This document shows, piece by piece, positions 12,425 to 28,759 of a stretch of DNA of 64,000 nt (positions are counted from its first letter, which is position 1; every line of letters begins with the position of its first letter). Location of the stretch: positions 38,688,001-38,752,000 of the forward strand of contig OZ024757.1 of the NCBI GenBank assembly GCA_964016885.1, written 5' to 3'. Under the pieces are notes generated by a model. That model was not told the DNA's origin and made no database searches. It was given only the letters and a program-made list of their open reading frames with translations. Origin of the DNA: Eledone cirrhosa. Taxonomy: Eukaryota. The translations under genes were made by a program, and so were the position numbers.

Positions 12425-13923
12425 AAATTAAGATCTTTCTACTGTAATATGTATAGTATATGTTTATATGTGATGGCTTAGTATGAAAAACATTGATTAA
12501 AGAAAAAATAGAGATTTATTTTATGATTTGGCATTCCACTGAATCATTATTTGTTTCATATATATTATTTATAGCTTCATCATATTCCCAGAAACACAAA
12601 CTGAAATGTTACGTGGAGTTAGATTGATATCAGCAATGTAAATATCTCGCTCTAAGATATCTCAATGCATTTATTTAGAATATATATTTTTTTTAATTTC
12701 TAAATGACATATCATGATATGAAACGATCAGATATTCAAAAGTTCATCACAGCTTTCTGAATACAATTGATTCAATATTTACATCAACAAACCGATAGAT
12801 AAATCTTAAATATGATGGTTAAGTGAGCTGTCCGGCTTTGCTGCAATGGTGACAAAGGTAACAAACCTATACTATATACAACAGGTGTCCGGTGGAATCC
12901 CACAAGAGATACTCTCCAATATTTGTCTCATAGCTAGGAGCCTCTATACACAATATCTTTGATTATTTTCGTAGTGACACAAAACTGTGTTCAAGCAACT
13001 AAACTTAAGTTAAGATATATCAAAAAATCAAAAATACATAACCATGACAGGAAAACCTCAGAAGAGGCCTTCAGAGGTCCAAAGGCATTAAACTCTCAGC
13101 TATTTATTGCTAAACTTTTTATCAAACCAACTCACTGAATGCTGCGAGAAAACGTGGGAGACCCTATATAATATAATCTAGGATTTTATTGTTAAAAAAT
13201 ATCTCTGAACAAAGCTCTGGTGGTAGACGACTTATGATAACAGTTTAAAGAGTCTATATGAAAGCTGTTAGGGTGTGGAGTAATTTTGTTTCAAAAACTC
13301 TGTGTATTATTCTTTCTAACTGATTTGTACATGATGACAAACGTTGAAGAATAAACAAAGATGAGTCTAAATAGAATTCACCTTTGTGAATCACGTAATA
13401 AATTTCCACGTACATTTTCGTCTAACTTATCTATATTTCTTTCATAGCCATCATATTTAGTCAACTATCTTTTCTTTCTTTTGTATTTCACTACTCGAAA
13501 CGCCATTAGGTCTGACATAAATATTAATTATCGGTATATTTAATGAATTATCAGCAGGTGAATGATACTGTAAGAATCCATTATAATTATGCGATGATCC
13601 CAATAGAAATACCATCGATCAAAATAAGAACACTATATAATATACAACAACGGCGGATTATAGTGTAGACAGAAATAATCAATACGTTTATAAAACAACA
13701 TATCATACACTGAATGTGTCCACTTTTATAATTTAAAGATATTAATTTGTTGAAAAACCATTAAGCACAGCAGAAAATTAATTACATGACACGTTAGCTG
13801 TCACGGCAAAGTAATATATAATTCCTATAGCGACGTTTCAACCTTTTGATATGTCAACACTATGAAAATCTCCATTAATACTACGACCATGTTGCAATAA
13901 ATTAAACCTAAATATTGAGCCAA

Positions 13924-13965
<42 letters not shown>

Positions 13966-14013
13966 ATACACACACACGCACACATATATATATTACATAG
14001 ACATACATATATG

Positions 14014-14064
<51 letters not shown>

Positions 14065-14118
14065 ATACACACACACGCACACATATATATATATTACATA
14101 GACATACATATATGTATT

Positions 14119-14151
<33 letters not shown>

Positions 14152-14769
14152 CTTAAATATGTATATGCGTATATGTGTAATATATACATATATATATATA
14201 CAATATATATATATAATGTACATATATACTTATATACATACATACATGTGTGTGTATGTAGATGGGGGTGGGGTAAGTATCTGTGTAGTTGTGTGTAGAT
14301 AGTGTATACATACACACACTTATGTATGTACGTGAATTATTATTAAACAAATGTGAAATTCCTCTCGAGGCATTTATTTAATAACCATTCTATTATCAAG
14401 TCTATTAACCGTAAAACTCTCACCTGTTCTGCTATTTCCCAAGTCTCCCTACCTTTGGTACATTAGTATCGTTACCGTTATTGGAAAATTAAACGTTCAA
14501 TGAATTTCCATCTATTTATATTGTTGCCAACTTACTGAGGTGGTGCATATTATTCCGTTAAAATATCCACATTTTGGTAATTGAAATTACCAAACCAATG
14601 ATCGCTTTTGTCGAATTTGGAAGATGTTCGTTGGTTACATATGTGTGTATGTGTATGTGTATGAGTATGTGTGTGTTTGTGTGTGTGTGTGTGTATGTAT
14701 CAATGAATAAGTAGCTCATGCTAATCTTGTAGGTATGTTGTAGTAACATATTGGGTGGAGTAGGTTCTA

Positions 14770-15055
14770 TATCTGCCGGGTTCCGTCCTCTCTCAAGGTT
14801 TGTCTGAACTCAAACGATTTCTTCCAGAGAAGAAGAGAGAGAAGGTAGGAAAGAGGGAGTATCGACTCAGTAATCGATATTCGAAAACAAAGGGTTTCTT
14901 CCAGAGAAAAACAGGGAGAAGAGAGAAAGACATAGAGAGGAAGACTCGACCCAGCAATCCAGGTCTGAATACAAATAATTTCTTCTAGAGAAGAAGAAGA
15001 AATGGGGGAGAGCGGGAGTAAAGCAGGGATAGAGAGGAAGAAACGACCCCGTGAT
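14770..15055 (+). repeat. Family L dispersed repeat, internally triplicated
   Basis: Three degenerate ~75-85 bp units (..TTTCTTCCAGAGAAGAA-GA-rich..CGAC); related to 23910-24065, 24236-24380 and the reverse complement of 56400-56545. Confidence 0.5.
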
Positions 15056-15200
15056 TGACTTGTGTTTTTAAGGAGAGATCGAAGGAATGAAAAGCAAAGT
15101 TGACTTTTGCAGGTTTTAAACATAGATTGAAGAGAGCTGGAATGAACCCCGAGAATAAATTTATCCAGTGTTCTAACCATACCGCCCGAGCTCCTTCACA

Positions 15201-15386
15201 ATAATTGTTTCTACTTTAGGCACAAGGCCAGCAATTGACCAGTACATTACTGGTACTTTATTTTATCGACCCCGTAAGGATGAAAGGGGCAAAGTTAACC
15301 TCGGCGGGATTTGAACTCAGACCATAAAGGGACGTAACTATGCTAGAAAGCATAGCGTCCAACCCTCTACCGATACTGCCAATTCA
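15201..15386 (-). mobile_element. Major SINE
   Basis: Reverse complement of the 12234 family. Confidence 0.85.
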
Positions 15387-15450
15387 CAATAATATGTTCA
15401 TTTCTAGGAGTAAAATATTATATATATATATACATATGTATATATATATA

Positions 15451-15540
15451 TAACAAAAAGGTGTGGTAAGATACCAGGTGGTATACCAGGTAGCTGACGA
15501 AACGGCCGGAGCTCAGCCGCTGGGTGCTGACTCTTTTTCT
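15451..15540. mobile_element. Diverged, internally deleted family B copy
   Basis: TAACAAAAAGGTGTGGTAAGATACCAGGTGG..CGAAACGGCCGGAGCTCAGCCG. Confidence 0.5.
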
Positions 15541-15985
15541 GTATGTATATATATATATAGAGAGAGAGTTAAATATAGATATGTGTGTGTCTGTTTATAG
15601 AACACTACAAACAAGACATACTTCATCTGGTGGTCGATCGAAAAGGAAATTCGAGACTAGAATTAGGTAGTAAACTAACCACTATCTGCTAGTTGACACA
15701 TCGATCTTTCACGATCAATCTACCTTTTGAAACGATCGTAAAACAATGAACCAATCCACTACCTCCGTCTGATTTCTATCTAGTTTTCATTGCTCTATAG
15801 AAACACACACATACAAATGACTCTCTAACCTGAGCGGATCATTCTTCGAGGAAAGCTTAAGCGGTTGCCACCTAATGAGACACTAGCTACTGGTCACATC
15901 ACGTAATCTCGCCGCAAACATCTTTCCAAGGACACATAGAGTTTTCAGTCCCACAACAAACAACTGAAATAAGATATATAGAGAG

Positions 15986-16087
15986 TGAGGGTGTCCCATA
16001 AAATGTATACACACTTGAACAGCATTCTAATAAATATTGCCTGTACAGGTAATCAAAGTGTGTACATATTTTGAGGGGACGCCCTCA
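15986..16087. mobile_element. ~100 bp TIR element (Tc1/mariner-like MITE)
   Basis: TGAGGGTGTCCCATAAAATGTATACACACTT versus AAGTGTGTACATATTTTGAGGGGACGCCCTCA; TA TSD not clearly preserved. Confidence 0.55.
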
Positions 16088-16116
16088 TTCTCTCTCTATC
16101 TTTCTCTCTCTATGTT

Positions 16117-16226
<110 letters not shown>

Positions 16227-16362
16227 ACTCTCTCTCTCTCTACACACACACATATATACGCCCACGCATACACATATATATATACATGCAGGAGTGCGTA
16301 TGCATGCTTTGTTACGCCTTTGTTTGTTTGTTTCCGTGGGACTTGATAAGGTGTGTATGTGA

Positions 16363-16405
<43 letters not shown>

Positions 16406-16800
16406 CGTGTGTGTGTGTGTGAGTGTGTGTGTGTGTGTACTTATACATTTGTGCGCAATGCCCCGAAGCCTATTAACTCAGCTCTTGTAGTGAAGGAGAA
16501 CAGATGTTCGTTATTTCTGTGCAAATATGTGAAACATCATTGCTTAATCTTCCTTTGCATATGTTACAAAACATTGATGGATGTGGGAGTGGTGGGAGGA
16601 GATGTGTAAAGTAAAGAATGGAAGTGTTGCACAGAATTATGGAATTATGTGCACAGATATGCATTCTGTAGTTTTTCATAGTTAAAAGATTCCAAGAGTG
16701 GAATGAAGAAATGAAAGCGGGAGGGGGGTGCGAGAAGCAGCTACGCCAAGATGGTAAATAAATAAAACAAACTGTGTCGTTATAATATTTCTTACGTACT

Positions 16801-16900
<100 letters not shown>

Positions 16901-16985
16901 TATATATATATACACACACGCACCTATATATATATTTATATACACACCTATATATATATACACACACACACCGCTCTCTCTCTCT

Positions 16986-17026
<41 letters not shown>

Positions 17027-17170
17027 TATATATGTGTATACATATATGTCCGTGTGTATATATATATGTGCTTATAGATATAAATTTGTGTATATACATA
17101 TGCATATATATATACATATGCATATATATATATACATATATATAAATGTTTACGCATATATATATATATA

Positions 17171-17359
17171 TAATTGTTTCTACTGTAGGGACAAGGCCAG
17201 CAAAAACCCAGTGCATTACTGGTACTTTATTTTATCGACCCCGTAAGGATGAAAGGCAAAGTCAACTTCGGCGGGATTTGAACTCAGATCGTAAAGGGAC
17301 GTAACTATGCTGTAAAGCATGGCGTCCGACCCTCCACCGATACTGCCAATCCACCGCCC

Positions 17360-17360
<1 letters not shown>
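17171..17360 (-). mobile_element. Major SINE
   Basis: Full-length reverse-complement copy. Confidence 0.85.
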
Positions 17361-17453
<93 letters not shown>

Positions 17454-17722
17454 AGGAGGCGAGGGAGTCTTTAATTTGATAATTCTAGTTTCATGCTTCA
17501 TGCTATGTGATGATTCAATTTATTGTGTGAATATTTTCATATATTTTATTACTGTTCTCTTTTTTCTACCGATATCCTTTATTTCCTGACATTCTCTTAT
17601 CGCGTTGCTTCCCATTTTTTTTATCTATTTTCCTTTTATCTATTTTCCTTATAATTCTTCTGCAACTGTGAGAATTTTAAATATAGCAACACGTACCATA
17701 ACATTGTGCTAATATTTATATA

Positions 17723-17985
17723 TAGGTGTATATATATATATATATATATATAGGTGTGTGTATATATATATATATATATAGGTGTGTGTATATATATATA
17801 TATATAGGTGTGTGTGTATATATATATATATATAGGTGTGTGTATATATATATATATATAGGTGTGTGTATATATATATATATATAGGTGTGTGTATATA
17901 TATATATATATAGGTGTGTGTATATATATATATATATATAGGTGTGTGTATATATATATATATAGGTGTATATATATATATATAG

Positions 17986-18022
<37 letters not shown>

Positions 18023-18053
18023 TGTGTATATATATAGGTGTGTATATATATAG

Positions 18054-18060
<7 letters not shown>
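17723..18060. repeat. GGTGTGTG(TA)n minisatellite
   Basis: Repeated GGTGTG(TG)+(TA)n units. Confidence 0.9.
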
Positions 18061-18099
<39 letters not shown>

Positions 18100-18122
18100 G
18101 TATATATATATCTATGTATTTA

Positions 18123-18197
18123 TCTAAGGCGGGTAAAATTCCCGAGGTCCATGGAAGAGTTCTCTCCCGCGGTCTCTGTCCATCATTATCGCTGACA
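18123..18197 (-). mobile_element. RTE-clade LINE extreme 3' fragment
   Basis: Matches 47866-47941. Confidence 0.7.
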
Positions 18198-18397
18198 TGT
18201 TATATAGACTCTCCATATTTTTTGAAAAGAAATATGGAGAGTCGATCTAACAGCACTAGCGTTAGAGCCCCTAATTACACTCTCAAAGAGCTGTCTGGTC
18301 GTTATGACTCTGCTGGCTTAGAGCCACAGAGAGGGCCAGTGGATGATGGATCAATAATGAATAAAAACAAAGAAACAGTTCCTTATATTAAAAAAAT

Positions 18398-18535
18398 TCA
18401 TCATTTTACGATCGTTTCTAGGATATATATGTGTGTGTTGGTATGTATATCATATAGATCTATGTAAAATGTTTACAAACTATCAGAGGGAATATACATA
18501 CCTACACATATATATGCTGTCTTCAGAAATGATGA
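18398..18535 (-). ncRNA. Type I hammerhead ribozyme motif with ~101 nt stem II (family J copy 1)
   Basis: Minus strand: TCATCATTT-CTGAAGA-[101 nt hairpin]-GAAA-CGATCG-TA-AAATGATGA; 9 bp stem I, palindromic stem III, GUA triplet. Confidence 0.7.
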
Positions 18536-19309
18536 TATTTGTTTCTTGAAAAAAAACCAACAAAGATTTAATATAATAGGTCTGTTTGGCAGTAGGTTTT
18601 GAATTGACCAATAGAAAGGTAGTAAGTGGTCAAGATGATAGAATAGTAGTCATAGAAATTTAATTTAGGGGTAGAGGAAAGCAGACTTCAGTTTTGAATG
18701 GAAAGAGTATTTCGAATGAAAAGATAACTTTGGGGATGAAAATAGGTCAAGCCGGTGAAAGGTACACGAAAATTTGATGTTATAAAAGAATAATGCTAAT
18801 GTTAAAATTTAAAGAGAATAAAATTTTACGATAAATGTGTTAGTGAAAAATATCAATCTTATTTAATACATAAGGAATTTATATCTATAAAAGAAAATAA
18901 ATTAATTTAATTGATAGGTATATTTATATTGCTAAATTTATATTAATTCATATAGATATGATAAATAAGAGTTAGATGTAATTGAAGAATGTTGTTAAAA
19001 ACGAAGAGAAAAAAAATGAGGGGGGGGGGGATAAATGTATTAGTGAGAAATAACAAATTTATATAGATTACAAGGAATATAGATTCATAACCTGAAATTA
19101 AAATAGTTTATATGTATACTTATTGGCATAAATTTTAGGAAAAGATAGCTGTAAAAGGGAAATAAAATTATGCAGTTCATTAGTAGTAGAATATTAATTA
19201 TAGTTTAACTAATTTAAAAAAAAAAAATAAATAAAAATTATTATAATAATTTGTAATAATTTGTTTATATACATTGTTTATGCAGTGAACACAATATAAC
19301 ATAATGGGT

Positions 19310-19420
19310 TAGAAGATGAATTTATAATCTTAAGAACCATCGTTCGATCCCACTGTGTGACATCTTGCGGCAATTTTCATTTAACCTAGCTCCGGGTCCC
19401 CATCAATGTCATTTACTCTA
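19310..19420 (+). mobile_element. Decayed tRNA-derived SINE head
   Basis: ..GGGTTAGA..GTTCGATCCC A/B-box-like pair. Confidence 0.35.
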
Positions 19421-19648
19421 GTTCAAGTTGCCATTGCGATGATATGTCATTTGCAAAGAACAAGAAATCCTAAGTATATTTGTCGACAAACTTTTTAACG
19501 AAGCAAATTTTCAACTATGATATATGTATATATAATATAAGTTATTGTATAGGATTCGAATAGATAGATGAAACTTAAAAACTAAATATGTTTTCAAAAA
19601 AAAAATATATATATATACGCGTTTATGCATGTGTAAGTACTTATGCAT

Positions 19649-19747
<99 letters not shown>

Positions 19748-19855
19748 CATATATATATACATATATATAACACCCTCCATCTATCTCACATTATATTGTT
19801 CGTTGACAAATATCACATTTGTAGACGTTCTTCACTCCTCCCTCCCTCTCTCTCT

Positions 19856-19925
<70 letters not shown>

Positions 19926-20497
19926 TAATGAGGATGCTATGTTCGCTAGCCTGTTTTTGTTTGTGAGTTATAAATGTATGTCTTACATTATAACGTGGGT
20001 TGATGTAATAATTTTTCAGTGGATTTCTTTCTCTGAAAACGAAGTCTTTTTATTTTTTTTACATCACATAAATAATTTAACTAATATATTGTTTCTTTGG
20101 ACCTTGTGATAAACGATCTACACAACAGACTACGTGTATCGACAGCTTCATTATTTTCAGAGGATTGACATATCGTGTTTTAATGTGTATGAAGTCTGTA
20201 TCGCGATCATGTTGTCATGTGTTCAAATCCACAGCCAGGTGTAGATTTAAAAGAAGGGGTGCACATGGGGCAATCACCCCGGGCCTTCGGCTGTGGGGCA
20301 ATTCGGGATTGCGGTAAGGGATATTATATAAAGAATGCTCAGCCACTTGCATGTTATTAACAAAAGCAGGATGTAGCTTTGATAGAACAATTATGGGTGA
20401 AAGCGACAGAAGTCCATTCACTCTCTCTCTCTATATATATATATATGTATGTATGTATATGTATGTATGTATATGTATGTATGTATATATATGTATG

Positions 20498-20551
<54 letters not shown>

Positions 20552-20599
20552 AGATGTGTATGAAATCTAAAGTCTGTCTCGTGCTCGACGTCTTATCGG

Positions 20600-20845
20600 G
20601 GCGTTACTTATCCCAGTTTCCCTGCCGTGAAGTGAATGAGAGTACGAAACTCTTCACTGAACAGGACGCCCTGTCGATCGCAGAGTTAAGCTCCTTCCTA
20701 TGGCTGGGTCGCATTTTCAGCTGAGTATCCTGAAGCAACATTAAATGAGATGTTTTTATCAAGAACACAACATACATCCCAATCCAAGAATCGAACCACC
20801 CACGACATTATGATCGTAAGTTCAACAAATTTACCACACGTTCAC
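20600..20845 (-). mobile_element. Second SINE family, decayed
   Basis: Minus-strand GGTTCGATTC B-box and GTTGTGTTCTTGA..ATGTTGCTTCAGGATACTCAGCTG core; related to 31729-31925. Confidence 0.5.
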
Positions 20846-21476
20846 ACATAGAGGTGTATAAATAAGCATAAATGATATGGTCTCCCCATGATTGTATATT
20901 ATGCAGAAAAATATCATGTATGCCCCTATGTATAACTCTATTATTTATCTCGCCCATTAGAGTGAGAAAGATATTGTGAGAAAGATATTGTCATAGATTC
21001 ATAGTGAATTAACTCTCTATAGATATATAATTTGTATGTTTGAGTGTATCATGTTGGCATATTAAGCAATCGTTATCTTTCCAATCATTTTTCACCCCGG
21101 GAATCTTACATCCTGGCCACACGTTTAAGTATTAATTCAATACCGGTGCCCTACATTGGCAAAAATGTCAGGTGGTTTCTATTATATATTTGTTTAACTC
21201 GACTGAATTACCTGAAAATATGTAAATTCTCCACATGGGGTACTACCACAACGAGGTTCATTCCATTGTATTTCATTTAACATTGTAGTCAATATTTCTC
21301 TCTCAGCTTCACATTTTTTCTTCTCTTTCTCTCCAAATTTCGTTCACCACCTCTCTCCCTTTCCCTCTCTCGTTGTATGTCTTTAATACTCCATCGCTAT
21401 CTTTTCCCACCCCACTCTATTAGCGTGTCTTTCTCTTTTTCTCCTCCCACATTCACCCACACTCACACCATCTCTT

Positions 21477-21570
<94 letters not shown>

Positions 21571-22083
21571 ATTAGAAGTGAGAGAATGGTACATAACATT
21601 ATATAATTATATTCCCTCTCCTAATGGACACAGACGATCGAAAAAAGCCAAAGGGTGAGAGAGATAGACAGAGAGAGACACTATGTGAAAGATAAAAAGG
21701 TGATAGATAAACAGGTAGATTTATCCCATTTATTTAACTTATTTTACATCTTTTTAATATAATCGTGCTAAAACATGTTGGTGGCTTGTGAGCTGATGAG
21801 GTTGTACATCGGCTTTCTTTTGTTTCCTTCTGCCAGTGAATTTTATGCTCCAGCGCACGTCTGATTGTCCTCCTCCTCTTTCAATCTTTTCTATATTTCC
21901 TTTGCCTGTCACCCACCTTTTACGTTGTCTGTCTGTTGACCACTAGTCTCTGTCCTCTGAGGCATTTTGATCATCACTTTCTCAGCCAGCATTTAGCTGT
22001 TTTAACAGATGTTCTAGCAATGAGTTTTCTGATTATTATACGTATTTCAGAAATATTTCAAATCTGTACTTTGAGTAAAATAC

Positions 22084-22200
22084 CCTCGACGCGAACTTTG
22101 TTTCCAGGTGTCTTTTGAGGTGGACAAATAAAATGGCAATCCAGTACTTGGACTGACTTTTCCGCTGGACTTTTCTTTATTAGCTTCTTTAACAAAGAAT
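22084..22200 (-). CDS. Putative internal exon: (D)SLLKKLIKKSPAEKSVQVLDCHFICPPQKTPGNKVRVE
   Basis: Long polypyrimidine tract then AAG| acceptor, G|GTATTT donor, 117 nt phase 1-1; joins the terminal exon in frame (VE-D-ISPEG). Confidence 0.5.
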
Positions 22201-22754
22201 CTTTCATAAAGTCAAGAAGTAGAAAACGGAGAAGAAGAAGAAGAAGAAGAAGACAGGTTACATGAATAAAAGAAAGACAAACAAACGAACAAAAATATAA
22301 ATATAAACGAACAACATTGATGTTAAACAGCAATGCCAGCATTATGATGAGAATGTCATATCAAAAAGCGGAACATGAACAACTATAGGAAAATATGAAT
22401 GAGAAAGAAAACAACAGACTCCACTAATAATAACAACAACAACAACACGAACAACTACAATAATATCAGCGACAGCAAAGAGGTTCCGATGCAAATTTCA
22501 ATAAGTATTATTTGCTTTATCATTAAGAAAACACACCCAGTGTCCATTTTGATTCATAGTGAATGGAATATATTTCGGAACAGACGACAGCCGATAAATT
22601 AATGAAATAAAGAAAATATCAAACAAAATAGAAAAGAAAACGATGATGGAGAAGATGAAGGAGACGAAGAGATGATCTTTGAATTATGAATGGCGGAACA
22701 GTAGAAATATTGAACAATATCTTTTATACATACACACACATATACACTTACGTT

Positions 22755-22839
<85 letters not shown>

Positions 22840-22961
22840 TTTGTGTGTTTGTGTATGTGCAACTATGTAGGAATGATATATGTATGTATTATATATACAT
22901 AGACACATATATATATATACATATATATACATAGACACACATATATATATATATATATACG

Positions 22962-23002
<41 letters not shown>

Positions 23003-23003
23003 G

Positions 23004-23052
<49 letters not shown>

Positions 23053-23331
23053 AGGCTTTATGAGCAACTATATGTTATACGTATGAATATGTGTATGTAT
23101 ATATATATATATATATAGATATATATATATACATATATATGTGTGTTTGTACATATATGTGTGTATATATATATATATGAGTATATGTATGACATACACT
23201 GCTTGATAAAAAGTAGAGACATGGGAATTTCTATTATCTTTCAGTTGATATAGTTGTTTTAGCCAACTAAATTAAAGATATTGCCTGAAATATATATGGC
23301 TGACTAACGTCTGTCTTTCTCTCTCTCTCTC

Positions 23332-23378
<47 letters not shown>

Positions 23379-23909
23379 TCATATTTCTCTCTCCCTGCCT
23401 GTACGACTCTATAATAATTCGTTTATTACGTGTAGTTCGAATAATATTACTCTACTCACATTATTCTATAATCAAGTTTTTATTAGAAATATATTGAAGA
23501 TATTCATCAATTGATTCCGGCCTGTCTCACATACACACATCCTCTTTCTCTCTCTCTCTTATATATATAAACAGGCAAACTCATGGTCAGTTAGTCATGA
23601 GTGCAATAATCATGGCCTCTTGTGACCGAAATATATATATATATATATATATATAATATGTTTAAGACCGTTGATCGATTCATGTATTTTATATGTATGT
23701 TATCCTTATCTATCAGCCATCATGTATGATTTCTTTGCCCAGAACGTAACTGGACCTCCGTCATTTTCTGTGGAGCTTGACTGAAATTACATGTTACCAT
23801 TTGTGTTGTTATTTATTCAAGGTAAAGTTAACCAATTAGTGAAGCTATTCTCTGTCAATTATACAGTTCATTTGTCAGACTCTTAGGCTTTTCATATGCA
23901 TGCATAGTC

Positions 23910-24380
23910 ACGTAACTCCCGAAGGCATCCTAAGGGCACCGTGTTAACATAGAGCGTTTCAAAGGGTTTAATTTTCTTTTAACCTAGCGGAGCGTAATTC
24001 TCTCCAAGTCTGAATAGCAGATCTTTTCTAGAGAAGGATAGAGAGTTAGAGAAAGAAATACGATGGATGAATTGATTACAATACTTGACCCTGAATGGAG
24101 GAACGGCAAAGTTGACCTCTGTGGGATTTGAACTCATAGAGTCGAAATAAATAACTGAAATCATTGTATCCGACCTTCTAACGATTTGTTAATTCGTCGC
24201 CTCCAGGCTTACGTATGTATGAATGCATGTATGGTTCCGTAACTCCTGGTAGTCATAGGGGCGCCGTATAAACATTTTAAGCCTAGTGGAACCCGTCTTT
24301 CTCCAGGTCTGAGTACAGCAGATTTCTTATAAAGAAATATATGAAAGTGAGAGAGTTATATGGAGGAAAAATCGATATGT
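23910..24380. repeat. Two family L copies flanking a decayed minus-strand SINE (~24075-24200)
   Basis: CGTAACTCC..GGGC.CCGT..CCTAG.GGA..TCTCCA.GTCTGA.T..AGCAGAT occurs twice; GGCAAAGTTGACCTCTGTGGGATTTGAACTCA lies between. Confidence 0.55.
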
Positions 24381-24390
24381 AGTTATCTAA

Positions 24391-24439
<49 letters not shown>

Positions 24440-24529
24440 AATGTCTCTATATGCGTGCGTGTAGATTTCGTTAATTGTTATTTCAGACATAGCATAAATT
24501 GTCATGACAAATTTATATCAATTATCGTA

Positions 24530-24594
24530 CAGAGAAGTTACGTTGCTCTCAACTTTAAAAACTCTCTTTTTAAAGTTGAAAGCTCGTCAGACTG
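24530..24594 (-). ncRNA. Decayed hammerhead motif
   Basis: CAGT-CTGACGA then a 17 bp stem II (GCTTTCAACTTTAAAAA/TTTTTAAAGTTGAGAGC), but GAAA reduced to AA. Confidence 0.4.
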
Positions 24595-25069
24595 AATGTT
24601 ATCGATACTGTATTTTCCAAAGTAATAAATATAGGGTTACTGTACTTGTCTTACGTGTGTTTAGCTTTTAGCCTTAGCTCTACTCCTATTTAGAATTGCT
24701 ATGATCTGGGTATTTCCAACTGTAACTACCCCGTTTGTTTTTCTCAATATAACGAGGTTCTGAATCGTCGTTAACCATCGAAGCCGGTTTGATCGGGGAA
24801 AAATTTGGTGATGTTTATACAGAGCGGCCTATTAGTTAGACATTTGGATGCATTATCGTGGGTTCATCCATTCCTTGATTACTGTTGTCATTGACAATTA
24901 AGACACCCGCATTTCATGTGAACCTGTTTGATCTGGGGAAATCAGTTGGTTTTATTTACATAGGGCGAACTATTAATTAGGTCGTTGAATCCATTATCGT
25001 GGCTTCCGTGAGAAATGAGGTGCAAAAGAAATGAAACATGGATTACAGGTTAAAATATAATCTAGATAG

Positions 25070-26940
<1,871 letters not shown>

Positions 26941-28759
26941 ATTCAAGAATAAACGAGGTAAATGCTGAGATACAATAACACAGTCTTAATAGTTTTGCGC
27001 TTGGGATGGAAGAAAATAACAAATTATATATATATATAATTGTTAATTGTGTTGCAGAATCAGGAAACCGAACGTTAAATTCATACACATCTAATTCCAT
27101 ATATCATGATATACGTAAATATTCGTATAGAAATTAATGTAGCTAACTATAAAATTTAACGAATAGTATCTCGTATTTTTTTTTTTTCGATCCGTTGATA
27201 AAAAAAATATGCTCCATGTAGCAAGGTATGGAATCATTGCCTGTTCTTGTATTTCATTCTATTTTACAAAGCATACATATATAAAGTAAGAATCATCTGA
27301 TTCAATTTATATTTCCTCGAAACTCAGCAATTATATTTGGATCGTAAAAGCATTTATACGACATCACCATGTTTCCATACATTTGTGAATCGCAATCGAA
27401 TTTATTTTTTTGCTGAGCTGAGCAGTAATCTATTTATATATGAATTTAAATGCTCTAACAATTTTGTATTGCATAGCAATTCACACATTAATTCTATAAA
27501 AATATATTAAAATATAGTTAACTATTTCAATTTAAATTTAGTCGTTTTTTTTTTCTCATATTATAGCGCGTATATTTTCATCTAAATTCAATTGTTTCTA
27601 ATGTCGTTGTTTTAAAATATTATTACCTGAGCTTGAAGAAAACTAATATTAATTCGTCCCTCATTGTCCGTGTTCGTATGATAGTTGGTGAAGAGATGAA
27701 ATTTACTGCCGTAAGTCAGATGTGGTACCTCTTGCAAATTCCCCAAACTGTACATTGTATACAAGAATTATATAAATTAAACAGCTTTTAGTGATTATAA
27801 TTAAAAAAAAGGCAGCTGGACTGCTGACTAAATAAAATACAAAACATGGTTACTTATTTACTACTTCTTTTAAAAATATAAATCTACGTATGTCTTCGTC
27901 TATCTTAAGTGAGTCTGTGTTTCTGTGAATATGAATGTTTGTGTGTGTCTGTATGTGAATGCAACTATGTGTATCTTTCTCTGTACGTGAGAGTGTTCTG
28001 TGGTAGTGTGTATGTGTGTGTTTCTGTCTGAATTTGAATGAGTCTCGGTGTATGTTTCTCTGTAGGTGAGAGTTTTCTGTGGTAGTGTGTATGTGTGTGT
28101 GTGTATGCCACTCTGTATATTTGTGTACGTGTGTGTTTTCTGAGATTGTGTGTGTATGTGTATGTGGCTGTATGGGAATCCGACACTGTGTATGTTTCTG
28201 TGGTAGTGCGTGTTTTCTGTGGGAGTTTGCATGCTTCTTATGTACAAGTTTATGTGTTAGTGTGTACGCATATATTTGCCCATGTGAGTCTGTATGTCTA
28301 TGTGACTATGTGTGTGTTTATTGGTAAGTTTATCTGCGTGTGTGTTTCTGTGTTTGTTTGTGATTGTATATCCATGTGGCTGTTTTATTTATTTATTTGT
28401 GTATGTCTGTGTGTGTGTATCCACGTATCTGTATATGTACTGGTTTTTCTATATTAGTGTCCATGTGTGTTAATCTGTTTGTTCGTCTGTGTACGTTAAT
28501 GTGCCTGTGTTTTATTTTCAGTATATGTGTATGTTTATTTCTATCTGAATATGAGTATCAGTATTTGTGTATATATGTGCGTACATCTGTGTATATATAT
28601 ATATATGTATATATATGTGTATATATATAGAGAGAGAGAGAATTGATATTCAACGTAGTATATGTCCAGAGTTTAACAGTTGTTGCATACATTTGTGTGT
28701 TATCTATATTTCTAAGTCCAACGATTCAGATAATATATTGTTGTTCTGTCTTGTTCTTA

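Noticed and set aside
12830-13300. Possible Tc1/mariner relic
   Set aside because: No TIR pair or DDE motif could be supported by eye.
27622-27752. Candidate exon with a CAG|GTAATA donor on the minus strand
   Set aside because: Stops in all frames from the main acceptor; the remaining open frame is phase-incompatible with neighbouring exons.
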